A stretch of DNA of 64,000 bases from the NCBI GenBank assembly GCA_963750825.1, contig CAVVSL010000001.1, forward strand, positions 2,253 through 66,252, read 5' to 3'. The position numbers and the translations under genes are program-made. A model generated the notes under the pieces. The model searched no databases, was not told where the DNA came from, and worked only from the letters and a program-made list of their open reading frames with translations. This DNA is from an uncultured Bacteroidota bacterium (GTDB taxonomy: Bacteria > Bacteroidota > Bacteroidia > Chitinophagales > Chitinophagaceae). The stretch's first letter is position 1; the number at the start of each line of letters is the position of its first letter. Below, piece after piece: positions 51,301 through 59,675 of this stretch.

Positions 51301-54300
51301 ATTTTGTAATACATCCGTCAGTACACCATTGTTGGGTAAGATGGATCCATAGAGGCTGATGCCATTATGGGCCTGGTCTCCCTGAATAATGAGGTAAAGG
51401 AAGGAAAGGGTGTCTGTTCCGGAACCAGACCGGTAATAAGCTTCTTTTGATTTTGTACCCATCGTAATCCGTAAAGAAGGTATCCCGTTTGCAGTGTTCA
51501 CCATAATGCTTTCGGTAAATACAATTTTGAATAGTAGGGAATCTCCCCGGATATACGTTTTTGGGACGGGCAAAAGGATACTACTCACAGTGGCTGAAAC
51601 TGGGTTGACCATGATTTTACTTAGGCTGCCAATATTTTTTAAAGGAAGTAAAACATCATTGCCGGCTTCATCCCGAAGGATACTTCCATTCAGGGTTAGG
51701 TTTTGCTCCAGTGTAAGGCCATTCTTAGTAGCATCCTTGTCTCCTACCGGATACTGAAATGCCAGGGCTGAACTGCCAGCGCCACTTATGCAGGGAAGGG
51801 CTATTTTGTTCTTACCAATAGTTAGCCCAAGCGAAGGTTTTCCCTGGGTAGTATCCACGTATACTTTTTCAGAAAAATTCACTTTGAAATTCAGGAGACT
51901 GCCGGTTTTATAGGTGCCGGCAGCAGGTGTATTTACACTTGTAATAACAGGGGGTATACCATCAATAAAAATTTGAGGGAGGCTGCCGGTAACAGGAAAA
52001 GCAGGGCTGGCCTTGTTGCCGGCAAAATCATGTATTACATTGCCGTTTAAAGAGAGTGTATTTGCCATTTTTACGCCATCAGTATCTGATTCCCCCGGTT
52101 GAATGAGGTAACGAAAATGCAGGCTGTCGGATCCATTGCCAGCAATATATTCTGCCATTTTTACCCGCGCACCTACGGTAATCGAAAAAGTTACTGGGGA
52201 ACCCGTACCGATAATGCGAATATTCTCTGTGAACCTGACAATGAAATGCAGGGTATCCCCGGTTTTATACAGGCCATTTTCAGGTATTTGCACAGATTTT
52301 ATTTTCGGACTATTGGCATCCAATTGAGTTAATTGGCCTTTGATCGGATCAATAAAGGGAAGGCTATTATTACCTGCCAGGTCTCTGCATTGGAAACTTA
52401 CCGGAATATCTGCGGATTTCGGGATATCTGTTCCTCCCTCTTTTACTATAAATTTTGCTGAATAGCTGCTGTCATTGGTTTTGGTAAAAAGTATCAGGGG
52501 AAACCCGGCAATAAAGCCATTGTTAAATAGTAAACCGTCGGTATCTTTTTTCACGAGGATACTTACAGGTACAGTATCGCCAATTTTCATCGGTCGGTCC
52601 GGGATGGTAATGGATAGTACAGTTGGCGGCGTTCTGTCAATGGTGTAACTCAATTTGGATGTGAATGGCTCATTGCTAAGGGAAGGGGAGATGCCGGTAT
52701 CATTAACCATTGTTAAACCAATCGTTCCATCTCCTTTACCTGTATAAATACTGGCAGTATGTGTTTTCGCTGATCCTGTTATTTCATGAATGGACACACT
52801 GTCGAGTCCCTGTGAAGTAATGAGAAAATTTGACTTACTTATTCCGGAAATACCCTGAGCTGTTTGGATTTGAAAATTCACATAGGATAAATTATTGGTA
52901 AGCTTATTCAAAGGCAATATGTCCAGTAAGGTGGTTTCTGTGGTAAAAGGAACATCATTGCCATAAGCGGTCCCTTTTGCGTTGGTAGCAAATGCACGGG
53001 CATGCAGGCTTGTTCCCTGCGGTAGGCTTTTTATTTTCATACCAAAACTATCCGGTCCCAATGGCATGGTTACCTTATTTGCGGATAGTCCCGGATTGGC
53101 AGCGGTTGACCATACAATACCCCTTTCCAAAATAGCAGTACCCCCTGAATCTGTTACCCGGCCTCCCAGTATGGCTGAAGTGGTGGAGATGGAATCGGGG
53201 AAGAACGTCAACAGTTTAGGGAGGGTTCTGGGATTGATGATGATTTTACTTAAGGCGCCAATATTATGTAATTCCCTATCAGCCTCATTGCCCGCAGAGT
53301 CTTTCAGTAATGCGTTATTCAATAATATCGGAGATAATAGTTTAATGCCATCCATGTCATAGTCATTGGGGTTAACCCGGTATTGAAAATGTAGTGCTGC
53401 TTCTGTATCTTTTAGAAAAAGGGCCATACATTCACTATTGCCAATAGTTACAGGAAGCGATGGTTTGCCGCGGGAAGTGTCAAGTATTATTTTTTCTGAA
53501 AAAGTAATGGTGAAGTTCAGGGTATCTCCTGTTCTGTAAGTGCCTGCTGCAGGAGTAATTACGGAAGATACCGTTGGCGCAATACCATCTACCAGAAGAT
53601 TTTTGGCACTGGGAATATGGCTAAAAGAAAGTACGGCGGGATTGCCTGCGATATCAGAAAGATAATTTCCATTTACAGAGAGGCCGGTTCCTGGTTTTAT
53701 TCCGTCTTTGTCATAATCACCCGGTTGGACAACGTACCTGAATAATAATGTATCAGATTCTGATCCACCCTGGTATACTGCAGTTTTACTTTTGTATCCT
53801 ACAGTGAGGGGAAAAGACATAGGGGAACCAGAGCCTGTTAACCTTATTTTTTCTGTAAATAGAAAATGGAAATCCAATGTATCACCCATTTTATAAATGC
53901 CATCACGGGGTAGAAATACATTTTTTATGCCCGGACTATTTACATCAATGTATCCGGATACTAAGCTGATGGGCCAGTTGTATTCGCCGGTATTGCCAAC
54001 AGCATCGGTGAGCGCCACATATACAGGTATGATTTCGTTTGCCGCCCTGTCAGCACTGCCAGGCGAAAAGTATATAAAGGCATGGTAGGTACTGTCATTG
54101 ATTTTTAAAAAACCGGTCAGTGGTAAATTATTGATTTTTCCATTTTTCAACACATAGTTGGCTGTGTCAGGCATAACCCTGATGGTTACAGGAATGCTAT
54201 CCCCGGCTATTATTTTCCTGTCGGGAATAGCAACTCTGTTAATGACAGGCGCTGATTTATCAATTTGAAAAGTATCCCGAGCAGTAAAAGGGAGGTTTGA

Positions 54301-55905
54301 AACAGAGGGGGTGATACCTGTATCGTTGCTAAATGTCAGGTATAACAAACCATTACCGCTGCCAGTATATAAAGTAAGGTAGAATTTCTTATCAGATCCT
54401 CTAATCGATTGTATAGCAGTATTGCTTATTCCATGGGTATGTATAGTGAAATTTGCTGGTTGGATTCCTGAAATATTTTGGGGCAAACTGAGCTCATAAA
54501 CCACAGAATCAAGATTTGTACAAACAGGCAGTATGGCTGATAATGCAGTGACTTTTGTTTTTGTATAAAAACTTACCTGGTTACCATAAATAGTTCCTCC
54601 GGCATATTGGGCATAAGCACGGGCATAAATGAGGGTCCCCTCAGGTAAACCCGGGAGGGTATCCCTGAAGTTACCGGCCCCTTTTCCCATTAATATTTTA
54701 TTGTCTAAAAGGGTGGGATTGGTTTTTGCTGACCAGACAATGCCTCTTTCCAGGATCCCGGCGCTGTCGGAAGTCAGTATTTTACCGCCTAATACGGCAG
54801 TATAATTGGTTATCCCAATTGCTGAATCAGTTATCACCAAAGGCGTTTCTTTATCCGTTTGAAAAGATATCGCCGGCCCCCTGGTAATCCCTGCAGAATT
54901 GGTTGCCCTGATCCGTGCATAATATTTTTTCCCTGACAACAATCCGGTTAGGTTTAACTGGATTCCCACCTGTGCACCTGCCGCCGGAATAGAATCCGGT
55001 ACCGGCATAAAGTAGGTGGCTGTAGTAAAGTTTGCGGAAGTGTCGATTTCTGCCACCAGGCTTGTTTTGGCATAGTTATCTCTTACTTCGGCTAAAAGCG
55101 TTGCTCTCGAAGTGCCGGTGTCAGTTATCCTTGTATTTAGTATGGTGGGTTGAGCATATACCAACTCAGCTTTACAACTGAAATTATCTAAGGCAACTGC
55201 ATCATCACTTCCGGCTTCATCGGCATCATCCCACCTCAGTAAAAGTTGTTCGCCATTTTTCCAAACCAGGCTGTCCAGTACAAAATTTATGGATTGCTGG
55301 TTAATGGCCAGATTGCCATTTAAACTGGATGCTGCTGTTGTAAATACGGGAGAACTGAAATTCAGACCGGGGACATCTACCAGGTTAGTTTGCTGAATAT
55401 GCGAAAAAGAACCAGTCTGGTATTTACAAGACCAGGTATTTTTGATTCCGGAGCCTCCTTTTCGCCATTGTTCTGCTGTAAATTGAATGGTAAGCTTGTT
55501 GAGAATGCCCCCCGTTTTGTTGGTAAATAAAACGCCGAAGGCATAAATACCCGAACTGGAAGAGAGGCTGCCCAATGCCCTGTCCGTAGAACCCGAAGCG
55601 CCCAGGCTATAAACCCCATTTCCGGTGGAACTGCCCGTACTGATGGCAAAACTGGCTGCGGAATTGGTTCCTGCCGTCATTAAGAATTGCCAGCCTGAAA
55701 GGTTGCTACCATTAACTGGGGGCGCGCTAATTTTGTGTGGCCCCTTGCCTGATAAAGTAAAAGTACCAGTAGCGGGTAATCCATTAAAATCCTGGAAATA
55801 AACAGCTCCGGGAGTCGAATAACTTACAAAGAGGCTTGAATCCTGTGCAAAAACAGGCGGTAGTAAAAAAATAGCGCCAAAAGCCATCCCCAAACGCTTT
55901 CTCAT
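48397..55905 (-). CDS. Large T9SS type A cargo protein with FN3-like and Ig-like repeats (2502 aa)
   Basis: Signal peptide; two ERGIVWS FN3-like modules; six P..G.Y..GD.L.F...F.E repeats; C-terminal SPVPAKD...NLSG...GLYLIRL...EKIIKQ. Confidence 0.87.
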   Translation of the reverse strand: MRKRLGMAFGAIFLLPPVFAQDSSLFVSYSTPGAVYFQDFNGLPATGTFTLSGKGPHKISAPPVNGSNLSGWQFLMTAGTNSAASFAISTGSSTGNGVYSLGASGSTDRALGSLSSSSGIYAFGVLFTNKTGGILNKLTIQFTAEQWRKGGSGIKNTWSCKYQTGSFSHIQQTNLVDVPGLNFSSPVFTTAASSLNGNLAINQQSINFVLDSLVWKNGEQLLLRWDDADEAGSDDAVALDNFSCKAELVYAQPTILNTRITDTGTSRATLLAEVRDNYAKTSLVAEIDTSANFTTATYFMPVPDSIPAAGAQVGIQLNLTGLLSGKKYYARIRATNSAGITRGPAISFQTDKETPLVITDSAIGITNYTAVLGGKILTSDSAGILERGIVWSAKTNPTLLDNKILMGKGAGNFRDTLPGLPEGTLIYARAYAQYAGGTIYGNQVSFYTKTKVTALSAILPVCTNLDSVVYELSLPQNISGIQPANFTIHTHGISNTAIQSIRGSDKKFYLTLYTGSGNGLLYLTFSNDTGITPSVSNLPFTARDTFQIDKSAPVINRVAIPDRKIIAGDSIPVTIRVMPDTANYVLKNGKINNLPLTGFLKINDSTYHAFIYFSPGSADRAANEIIPVYVALTDAVGNTGEYNWPISLVSGYIDVNSPGIKNVFLPRDGIYKMGDTLDFHFLFTEKIRLTGSGSPMSFPLTVGYKSKTAVYQGGSESDTLLFRYVVQPGDYDKDGIKPGTGLSVNGNYLSDIAGNPAVLSFSHIPSAKNLLVDGIAPTVSSVITPAAGTYRTGDTLNFTITFSEKIILDTSRGKPSLPVTIGNSECMALFLKDTEAALHFQYRVNPNDYDMDGIKLLSPILLNNALLKDSAGNEADRELHNIGALSKIIINPRTLPKLLTFFPDSISTTSAILGGRVTDSGGTAILERGIVWSTAANPGLSANKVTMPLGPDSFGMKIKSLPQGTSLHARAFATNAKGTAYGNDVPFTTETTLLDILPLNKLTNNLSYVNFQIQTAQGISGISKSNFLITSQGLDSVSIHEITGSAKTHTASIYTGKGDGTIGLTMVNDTGISPSLSNEPFTSKLSYTIDRTPPTVLSITIPDRPMKIGDTVPVSILVKKDTDGLLFNNGFIAGFPLILFTKTNDSSYSAKFIVKEGGTDIPKSADIPVSFQCRDLAGNNSLPFIDPIKGQLTQLDANSPKIKSVQIPENGLYKTGDTLHFIVRFTENIRIIGTGSPVTFSITVGARVKMAEYIAGNGSDSLHFRYLIQPGESDTDGVKMANTLSLNGNVIHDFAGNKASPAFPVTGSLPQIFIDGIPPVITSVNTPAAGTYKTGSLLNFKVNFSEKVYVDTTQGKPSLGLTIGKNKIALPCISGAGSSALAFQYPVGDKDATKNGLTLEQNLTLNGSILRDEAGNDVLLPLKNIGSLSKIMVNPVSATVSSILLPVPKTYIRGDSLLFKIVFTESIMVNTANGIPSLRITMGTKSKEAYYRSGSGTDTLSFLYLIIQGDQAHNGISLYGSILPNNGVLTDVLQNNIPLTLGGIPDLKEIKVDAVAPFVQYVITPTKNTYREGDTLSFLIHFSEPVYVRENKGSVWLQVYIGNQLVRANYTKGHQTEELQCQYRIEKNNLDKNGIKLDSMIYAFNTDITDNAGNPAILGLKNIGALSYIKVDAVAPVFVLKEKRTDSLCENSTGLDVSASLEVWEEEIGELLSWEIISPPKHGNLPKTVYTANANGKSILPKGIIYQPEGKYTGQDSLLVKATDGVNSTEKKIYLFIYPDITDNQTGPNQLVCINNAPSVITGTIPSGGNGQYLHTWELSNYTDPVIFTKANGAINGQHYYPPKLSQSTWFRRKVISGDCISVSSPTRVQVLLEGVWTGNDNNNWNHPGNWCNQRLPDKQTDVTILAGTPHFPIIKDSAFCNHLTIANNAILVNEGSLLVDGIINDTSGMIETENGNIVFRGNAPQKIPSKIFRKQTINTVITNNPSQIFLQDSLYLSGSLLLQKGQFVTGNLLTLGPNARVGATAQGASISGEVCLEHIIRTNKPVYLILGNPFNKPFNLDQLKDSIDITGEGGASNGFVNAGGQQPSAFKFLPRNGTDSLGFENGWTPFTRTNGENNNTWDPLTGIKILVRGRPGQGLDGTPPGDGKNGTYLPQPVQLNLRGSLFTGEQEVFLDNPGKPAFQVIANPYISSINTRFLQGNKGMGNYFWVWNTDQGKNGGYSAVSFKEDYILPRMGSFIIRMTDSSVNKVLFTENCKTTGGVTNGIPLSVEEDAFHLELRLETDSLFYDRILLLAIDSAKTFRDKLDAVKINNPSVNFYSLSKDGFALSVDARPINKTSTIPMGIQCKEKGAFRIRVAKNNLPQSLDLFLHDKKMDKWMPLEKDSSYLFSIETDTTGLGKNRFEITASKKNQEGMSNVSRIKLRVSPVPAKDYVNVAFTLPEWGNTSVSLLNLSGNLVKNRDLGLQKEGGVTIPTGDLVKGLYLIRLQSGKYLATEKIIKQ

Positions 55906-56128
55906 AGAATATTCCTTTAGGTATTGGAAAATGAGTCTATGAGGAGTTACCAGTGAAAATTAAATCCCTATTTTAATTATTCAAAGCTGGGTGGGGAAAG
56001 TCGGGTGATAAAACGGGAAAAGTGGTGGAAAATATACCTGGTTATCAGCAAATAGGGGGCTAAGGATAGAGTTTTGAAAGATTTATTAGCGGGAATGGGG
56101 GGTAGTTGCAGGAAAATTTAGAAAACAT

Positions 56129-56159
56129 TTTGGTTTTTCATGTTCAGCCATTACCTTTG
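56129..56159 (+). promoter_or_regulatory. Bacteroidota primary-sigma promoter of rpsL
   Basis: TTTG-N19-TACCTTTG, an exact consensus match. Confidence 0.8.
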
Positions 56160-56185
56160 CCGTCCGAAATTTTAAACGGTTTAGA

Positions 56186-56566
56186 ATGCCTACAATACAA
56201 CAATTAGTTAGAAAAGGTCGCGAAATTATCAGGGCTAAGAGTAAGTCCAGGGCTTTGGATTCCTGTCCCCAGCGTCGTGGGGTATGCACCAGGGTGTACA
56301 CCACCACTCCCAAAAAGCCGAACTCAGCTTTGCGTAAGGTGGCCAAAGTGCGTTTGACAAATAAAATTGAGGTAATTGCCTATATACCGGGTGAGGGCCA
56401 CAATCTTCAGGAGCACAGTATCGTACTGATCCGTGGGGGTCGTGTGAAGGATTTACCGGGTGTACGTTACCATATTGTAAGGGGAAGTCTGGATACTGCT
56501 GGTGTAAAAGACCGTAAGCAAAGCCGTTCCAAGTATGGTACCAAGAAAGAAAAGGCCAAAAAATAA
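56186..56566 (+). CDS. rpsL: 30S ribosomal protein S12
   Basis: [22 protein letters not shown] and [12 protein letters not shown]. Confidence 0.99.
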   Translation: MPTIQQLVRKGREIIRAKSKSRALDSCPQRRGVCTRVYTTTPKKPNSALRKVAKVRLTNKIEVIAYIPGEGHNLQEHSIVLIRGGRVKDLPGVRYHIVRGSLDTAGVKDRKQSRSKYGTKKEKAKK

Positions 56567-56593
56567 TCAGCTAATTAATTAATTTATAATTAC

Positions 56594-57061
56594 ATGCGTA
56601 AAGCACAAGCCAAAAAATTACCTCTCGCTCCTGATGGACGTTTTAATGATAAACTGGTAACCCGTTTCATCAATAACCTTATGTGGGAAGGTAAAAAAAG
56701 TACTGCCATTAATATTTTTTATGATGCGGTGGACAAAGTGACCAAGGTATCAGGTGAAGATGGATACGAAACCTGGAAAAAGGCAATTGCCAATGTTACT
56801 CCTGCTGTAGAGGTGAGGAGCAGAAGGATTGGTGGGGCAACTTTCCAGATACCAGCAGAGGTTAGGGCCGACAGGAAGATATCCCTAAGCATGAAATGGT
56901 TGATACGTTATAGCCGTGAGCGTAATGGTCGTACCATGGCAGATAAGCTGGCTAATGAGATTATCGCAGCGGCCAAGGGGGAAGGTGCTGCTTTCAAAAA
57001 GAAAGAAGATACCCACCGTATGGCGGAGGCAAACAAAGCTTTCTCGCACTTTAAAGTATAA
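56594..57061 (+). CDS. rpsG: 30S ribosomal protein S7
   Basis: VEVRSRRIGGATFQIP and HRMAEANKAF. Confidence 0.99.
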   Translation: MRKAQAKKLPLAPDGRFNDKLVTRFINNLMWEGKKSTAINIFYDAVDKVTKVSGEDGYETWKKAIANVTPAVEVRSRRIGGATFQIPAEVRADRKISLSMKWLIRYSRERNGRTMADKLANEIIAAAKGEGAAFKKKEDTHRMAEANKAFSHFKV

Positions 57062-57089
57062 TACTGAAAGATTTTTCATAGATTATTTG

Positions 57090-57118
57090 AATAAGGCCTT
57101 GATTATCAAGGCCTTATT
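57090..57118. terminator. Perfect palindrome, probable terminator after rpsG
   Basis: AATAAGGCCTTGAT-t-ATCAAGGCCTTATT followed by TATTTTT. Confidence 0.75.
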
Positions 57119-57535
57119 TATTTTTAAGCTAATTTTAAGCCATTTTCAATAAAATAGTTAGAAAAATTACAAAATATGTCGGTGTATCACATTATCTTTG
57201 TAGTAATTCCACTACTCCAGATAAGGCTAGCGCTATATCAAATGTAATGGAAGGTTTAAAATCCAATACCATGTCAAAGCCGGTCTTATTATCCAGTAAT
57301 TCACAGTTTTTTGATTTCAATGGAGATTCTGCACATTGTCCCAAAGGCAATTTCGAAATAGCTATTCGAATCCTTTCAGCGGACCGTGTATCTTCTATTG
57401 TCAAAAAAATGTACATCCTCTGCATAGCCTCTTTTCAAGGTATTGTTTTACATCCATTTTCACTTTCAGTTGCAACAATTAACAACCAGTAATTGTAAGA
57501 TTCCAGTGTATTGTCTGGAAAGAAAAATTAAAAAC

Positions 57536-57976
57536 ATGAAAACTAAACTGACTTTTTTCACCATGCTGATCTGCAGTATCCTGGTTATAGGATGCAGCAA
57601 AACAGCTGATGTAACTGTATCAGAGCAGGAAAAAGTGGCCCTATTGCTTACCGGCAATATTGGTAACAGGGTTTGGAGGCTTAGCAAGGTTTATCAAAAT
57701 AACAACCAGGTGGTTTTAACGCCTGACCAATTAAAATACACCAAAACCTACACCATTGATGTAACACAGAAACTAGCCGGAAAATTCACCAATTCAGGTG
57801 GAGACTATGGTGAGTGGTTTATAACCTCAGATAGAACCTATGCTGAAATCATCACAACTATCGGTGGTTTACAGGCTAGGGTTGATTTCATCATTCGTGA
57901 GATTTCCACCAATTCATTAGACGTACAGTACACTTCAAATTCACAAACCATTCGCGAAGTATATTATGGGTTTTAA
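57536..57976 (+). CDS. Lipoprotein (lipocalin-like)
   Basis: MKTK, a hydrophobic stretch and VIGC lipobox; LLTG..RVWRL and GEW motifs; overlaps the start of the next gene. Confidence 0.8.
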   Translation: MKTKLTFFTMLICSILVIGCSKTADVTVSEQEKVALLLTGNIGNRVWRLSKVYQNNNQVVLTPDQLKYTKTYTIDVTQKLAGKFTNSGGDYGEWFITSDRTYAEIITTIGGLQARVDFIIREISTNSLDVQYTSNSQTIREVYYGF

Positions 57977-58490
57977 TAAAAGGACATATCATTTCATCAT
58001 CATTTTGATGCTGGCCTCTTTCACAGGTACGGCACAGATGTCCTTTTCTCCCATTGCATTTTCAACCGGAAGTGTAAGTGCTACCGGCGGTACACCTATC
58101 CTGAGTAGCGGAAAGGGTAACTGTCTCACTGTTAGCAGTGGAATGGCCACCCTGGCAACTATCTACAACAACAAAGGAGAGTTTGGGACCGGTTGTAAAG
58201 AAGTTCCTCCTGTAGCTAATCTGGTGAATGTGTCCGTATCACTTAAATTGTACCCTAACCCAACCAATGGACCAGCCACATTGAAATGTGAAGGCCAGTT
58301 TGATGAGAACTTGTCCTGCCAAATCAGGATAATTCACATGTCAGGTAGGGTTATGATGAGCCAGATGGTACCTATGAAGGATGTAAAAGCAGGGTTTTTA
58401 TTAAATGCAGGTTCATATGCAGCAGGCACGTATATTGTAACTATGGACTTTATGAACCAGCATTACAACATGAAGTTGATAAAATTATAA
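57966..58490 (+). CDS. Small T9SS type A sorting-domain protein
   Basis: Signal peptide (GTA|Q), a short mature region, then LYPNPT...MSGR...AAGTYIV...MKLIKL. Confidence 0.85.
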   Translation: MGFNKRTYHFIIILMLASFTGTAQMSFSPIAFSTGSVSATGGTPILSSGKGNCLTVSSGMATLATIYNNKGEFGTGCKEVPPVANLVNVSVSLKLYPNPTNGPATLKCEGQFDENLSCQIRIIHMSGRVMMSQMVPMKDVKAGFLLNAGSYAAGTYIVTMDFMNQHYNMKLIKL

Positions 58491-58522
58491 TATAAGCTGG
58501 GAAGCAATCCGATAAGAAAGAG

Positions 58523-58530
58523 TATCTTTG
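58523..58530 (+). promoter_or_regulatory. -7 promoter element upstream of the fibre genes
   Basis: TATCTTTG, about 220 nt before the ATG at 58748. Confidence 0.45.
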
Positions 58531-58747
58531 TAGTATGGTGTCTACACTTGATTATCGATTTCTCCTTGCTGTTGAAAATGTTTTTTGTAGCAATTTAGCT
58601 GTTGAAATCTCATATGTCCTATGAAAAACCATCAACAGTTTTAATTACTGTGGAAAACAATAGATTAGAAGTCATATCCTATGAAAAACTATTTTACAGT
58701 TAAAACTGTATATAGAGAGTGTTGTGGCCAATAAAAACCGTTGTATC

Positions 58748-59593
58748 ATGAAAAGTTCATTTGTTAAAGGGATTCTGCTGCTGGCGATACTGTCTATGAC
58801 GGATAGTATTTTTGCGCAGCCCCCTCCAGGTGTTCCTTTTCAGGCCGTGGCCAAGGATGCATTAAATAATCCGGCAAAGAACAGGAAGGTATATATTAAA
58901 GATGTTATATACCAGGGAACTCCCAATGGTACCAAAGTTTGGGAAGAGGCTTTTGAAACTACTACCAATGATGACGGGATCTATACCATCATTATTGGTA
59001 AGGGTGTGAAAGCTGCATCCATCCCTATTAGTGATTTGAGTGGGATTAACTGGGGTAATGGTCCTTTTTTCTACAATTTTAAAATTGCTGTTGCTCCATC
59101 TATACCAGCAGCCTGGTGGATTGCTGCGGATAACTACCAGGACATGGGTACCACCCAAATGATGAGTGTGCCTTATGCCATGTATGCGGGTAATGCAAGT
59201 GTGACCAATGTCACTACCAGTTTGCCTCCAGGTCCACCCAACACTTTTCTGATTACTGATAGTTTGGGAAATGTAAACTGGCAAACCCCACAATCAGCCA
59301 ATGTAAACATTACCCAGATTTCCAATAATGTTCTGCAACTGGCCCCAAATATTCAACAGTCTGGTGCTAATGCGGTAATTGAGCCTAATACCACCACATT
59401 AGTAAAAGTTAGGGTTGAGGGCGCCCAGCCCGGAGACCCCGTATTAATTACTGCTTTGGGAGATTATAAAAACTTTAATGTGTACAGTGCCTGGGTGCAG
59501 GTAAAAGACACCGTTAATATCCGTTTTTCAAATTTTCAACGAATACAGATTCCCGTAGCAGGGAGTTTGTATAAAATTGTGCTTATAAAATAA
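58748..59593 (+). CDS. Secreted fibre-base-like protein
   Basis: Signal peptide; QPPPGVPFQAVAKD...TTNDDG...INWGNGPFF...GTTQMMSVPYAMYA domain recalled from Bacteroidota collagen/tail-fibre-like proteins; C-terminal GAQPGDPV...AWV...DTVNIR beta domain. Confidence 0.8.
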   Translation: MKSSFVKGILLLAILSMTDSIFAQPPPGVPFQAVAKDALNNPAKNRKVYIKDVIYQGTPNGTKVWEEAFETTTNDDGIYTIIIGKGVKAASIPISDLSGINWGNGPFFYNFKIAVAPSIPAAWWIAADNYQDMGTTQMMSVPYAMYAGNASVTNVTTSLPPGPPNTFLITDSLGNVNWQTPQSANVNITQISNNVLQLAPNIQQSGANAVIEPNTTTLVKVRVEGAQPGDPVLITALGDYKNFNVYSAWVQVKDTVNIRFSNFQRIQIPVAGSLYKIVLIK

Positions 59594-59675
59594 TAGAATA
59601 GAACAAATTACGTTAATAGTTATAACCTAATGTAATAATGACAATGGAAAAAACATAGCAATAACCAAACATAGA

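Noticed and set aside
55988-56033. GTGGG/GTGGT-rich stretch resembling MraZ boxes
   Set aside because: Spacing is irregular and there is no mraZ or dcw cluster nearby.
56186-56566. Streptomycin-resistance substitutions in S12
   Set aside because: PKKPNSA and RVKDLPG motifs are wild type.
57192-57492. Overlapping 77-aa (minus) and 81-aa (plus) ORFs after rpsG
   Set aside because: No recognisable motif; cannot tell from sequence whether either is real.
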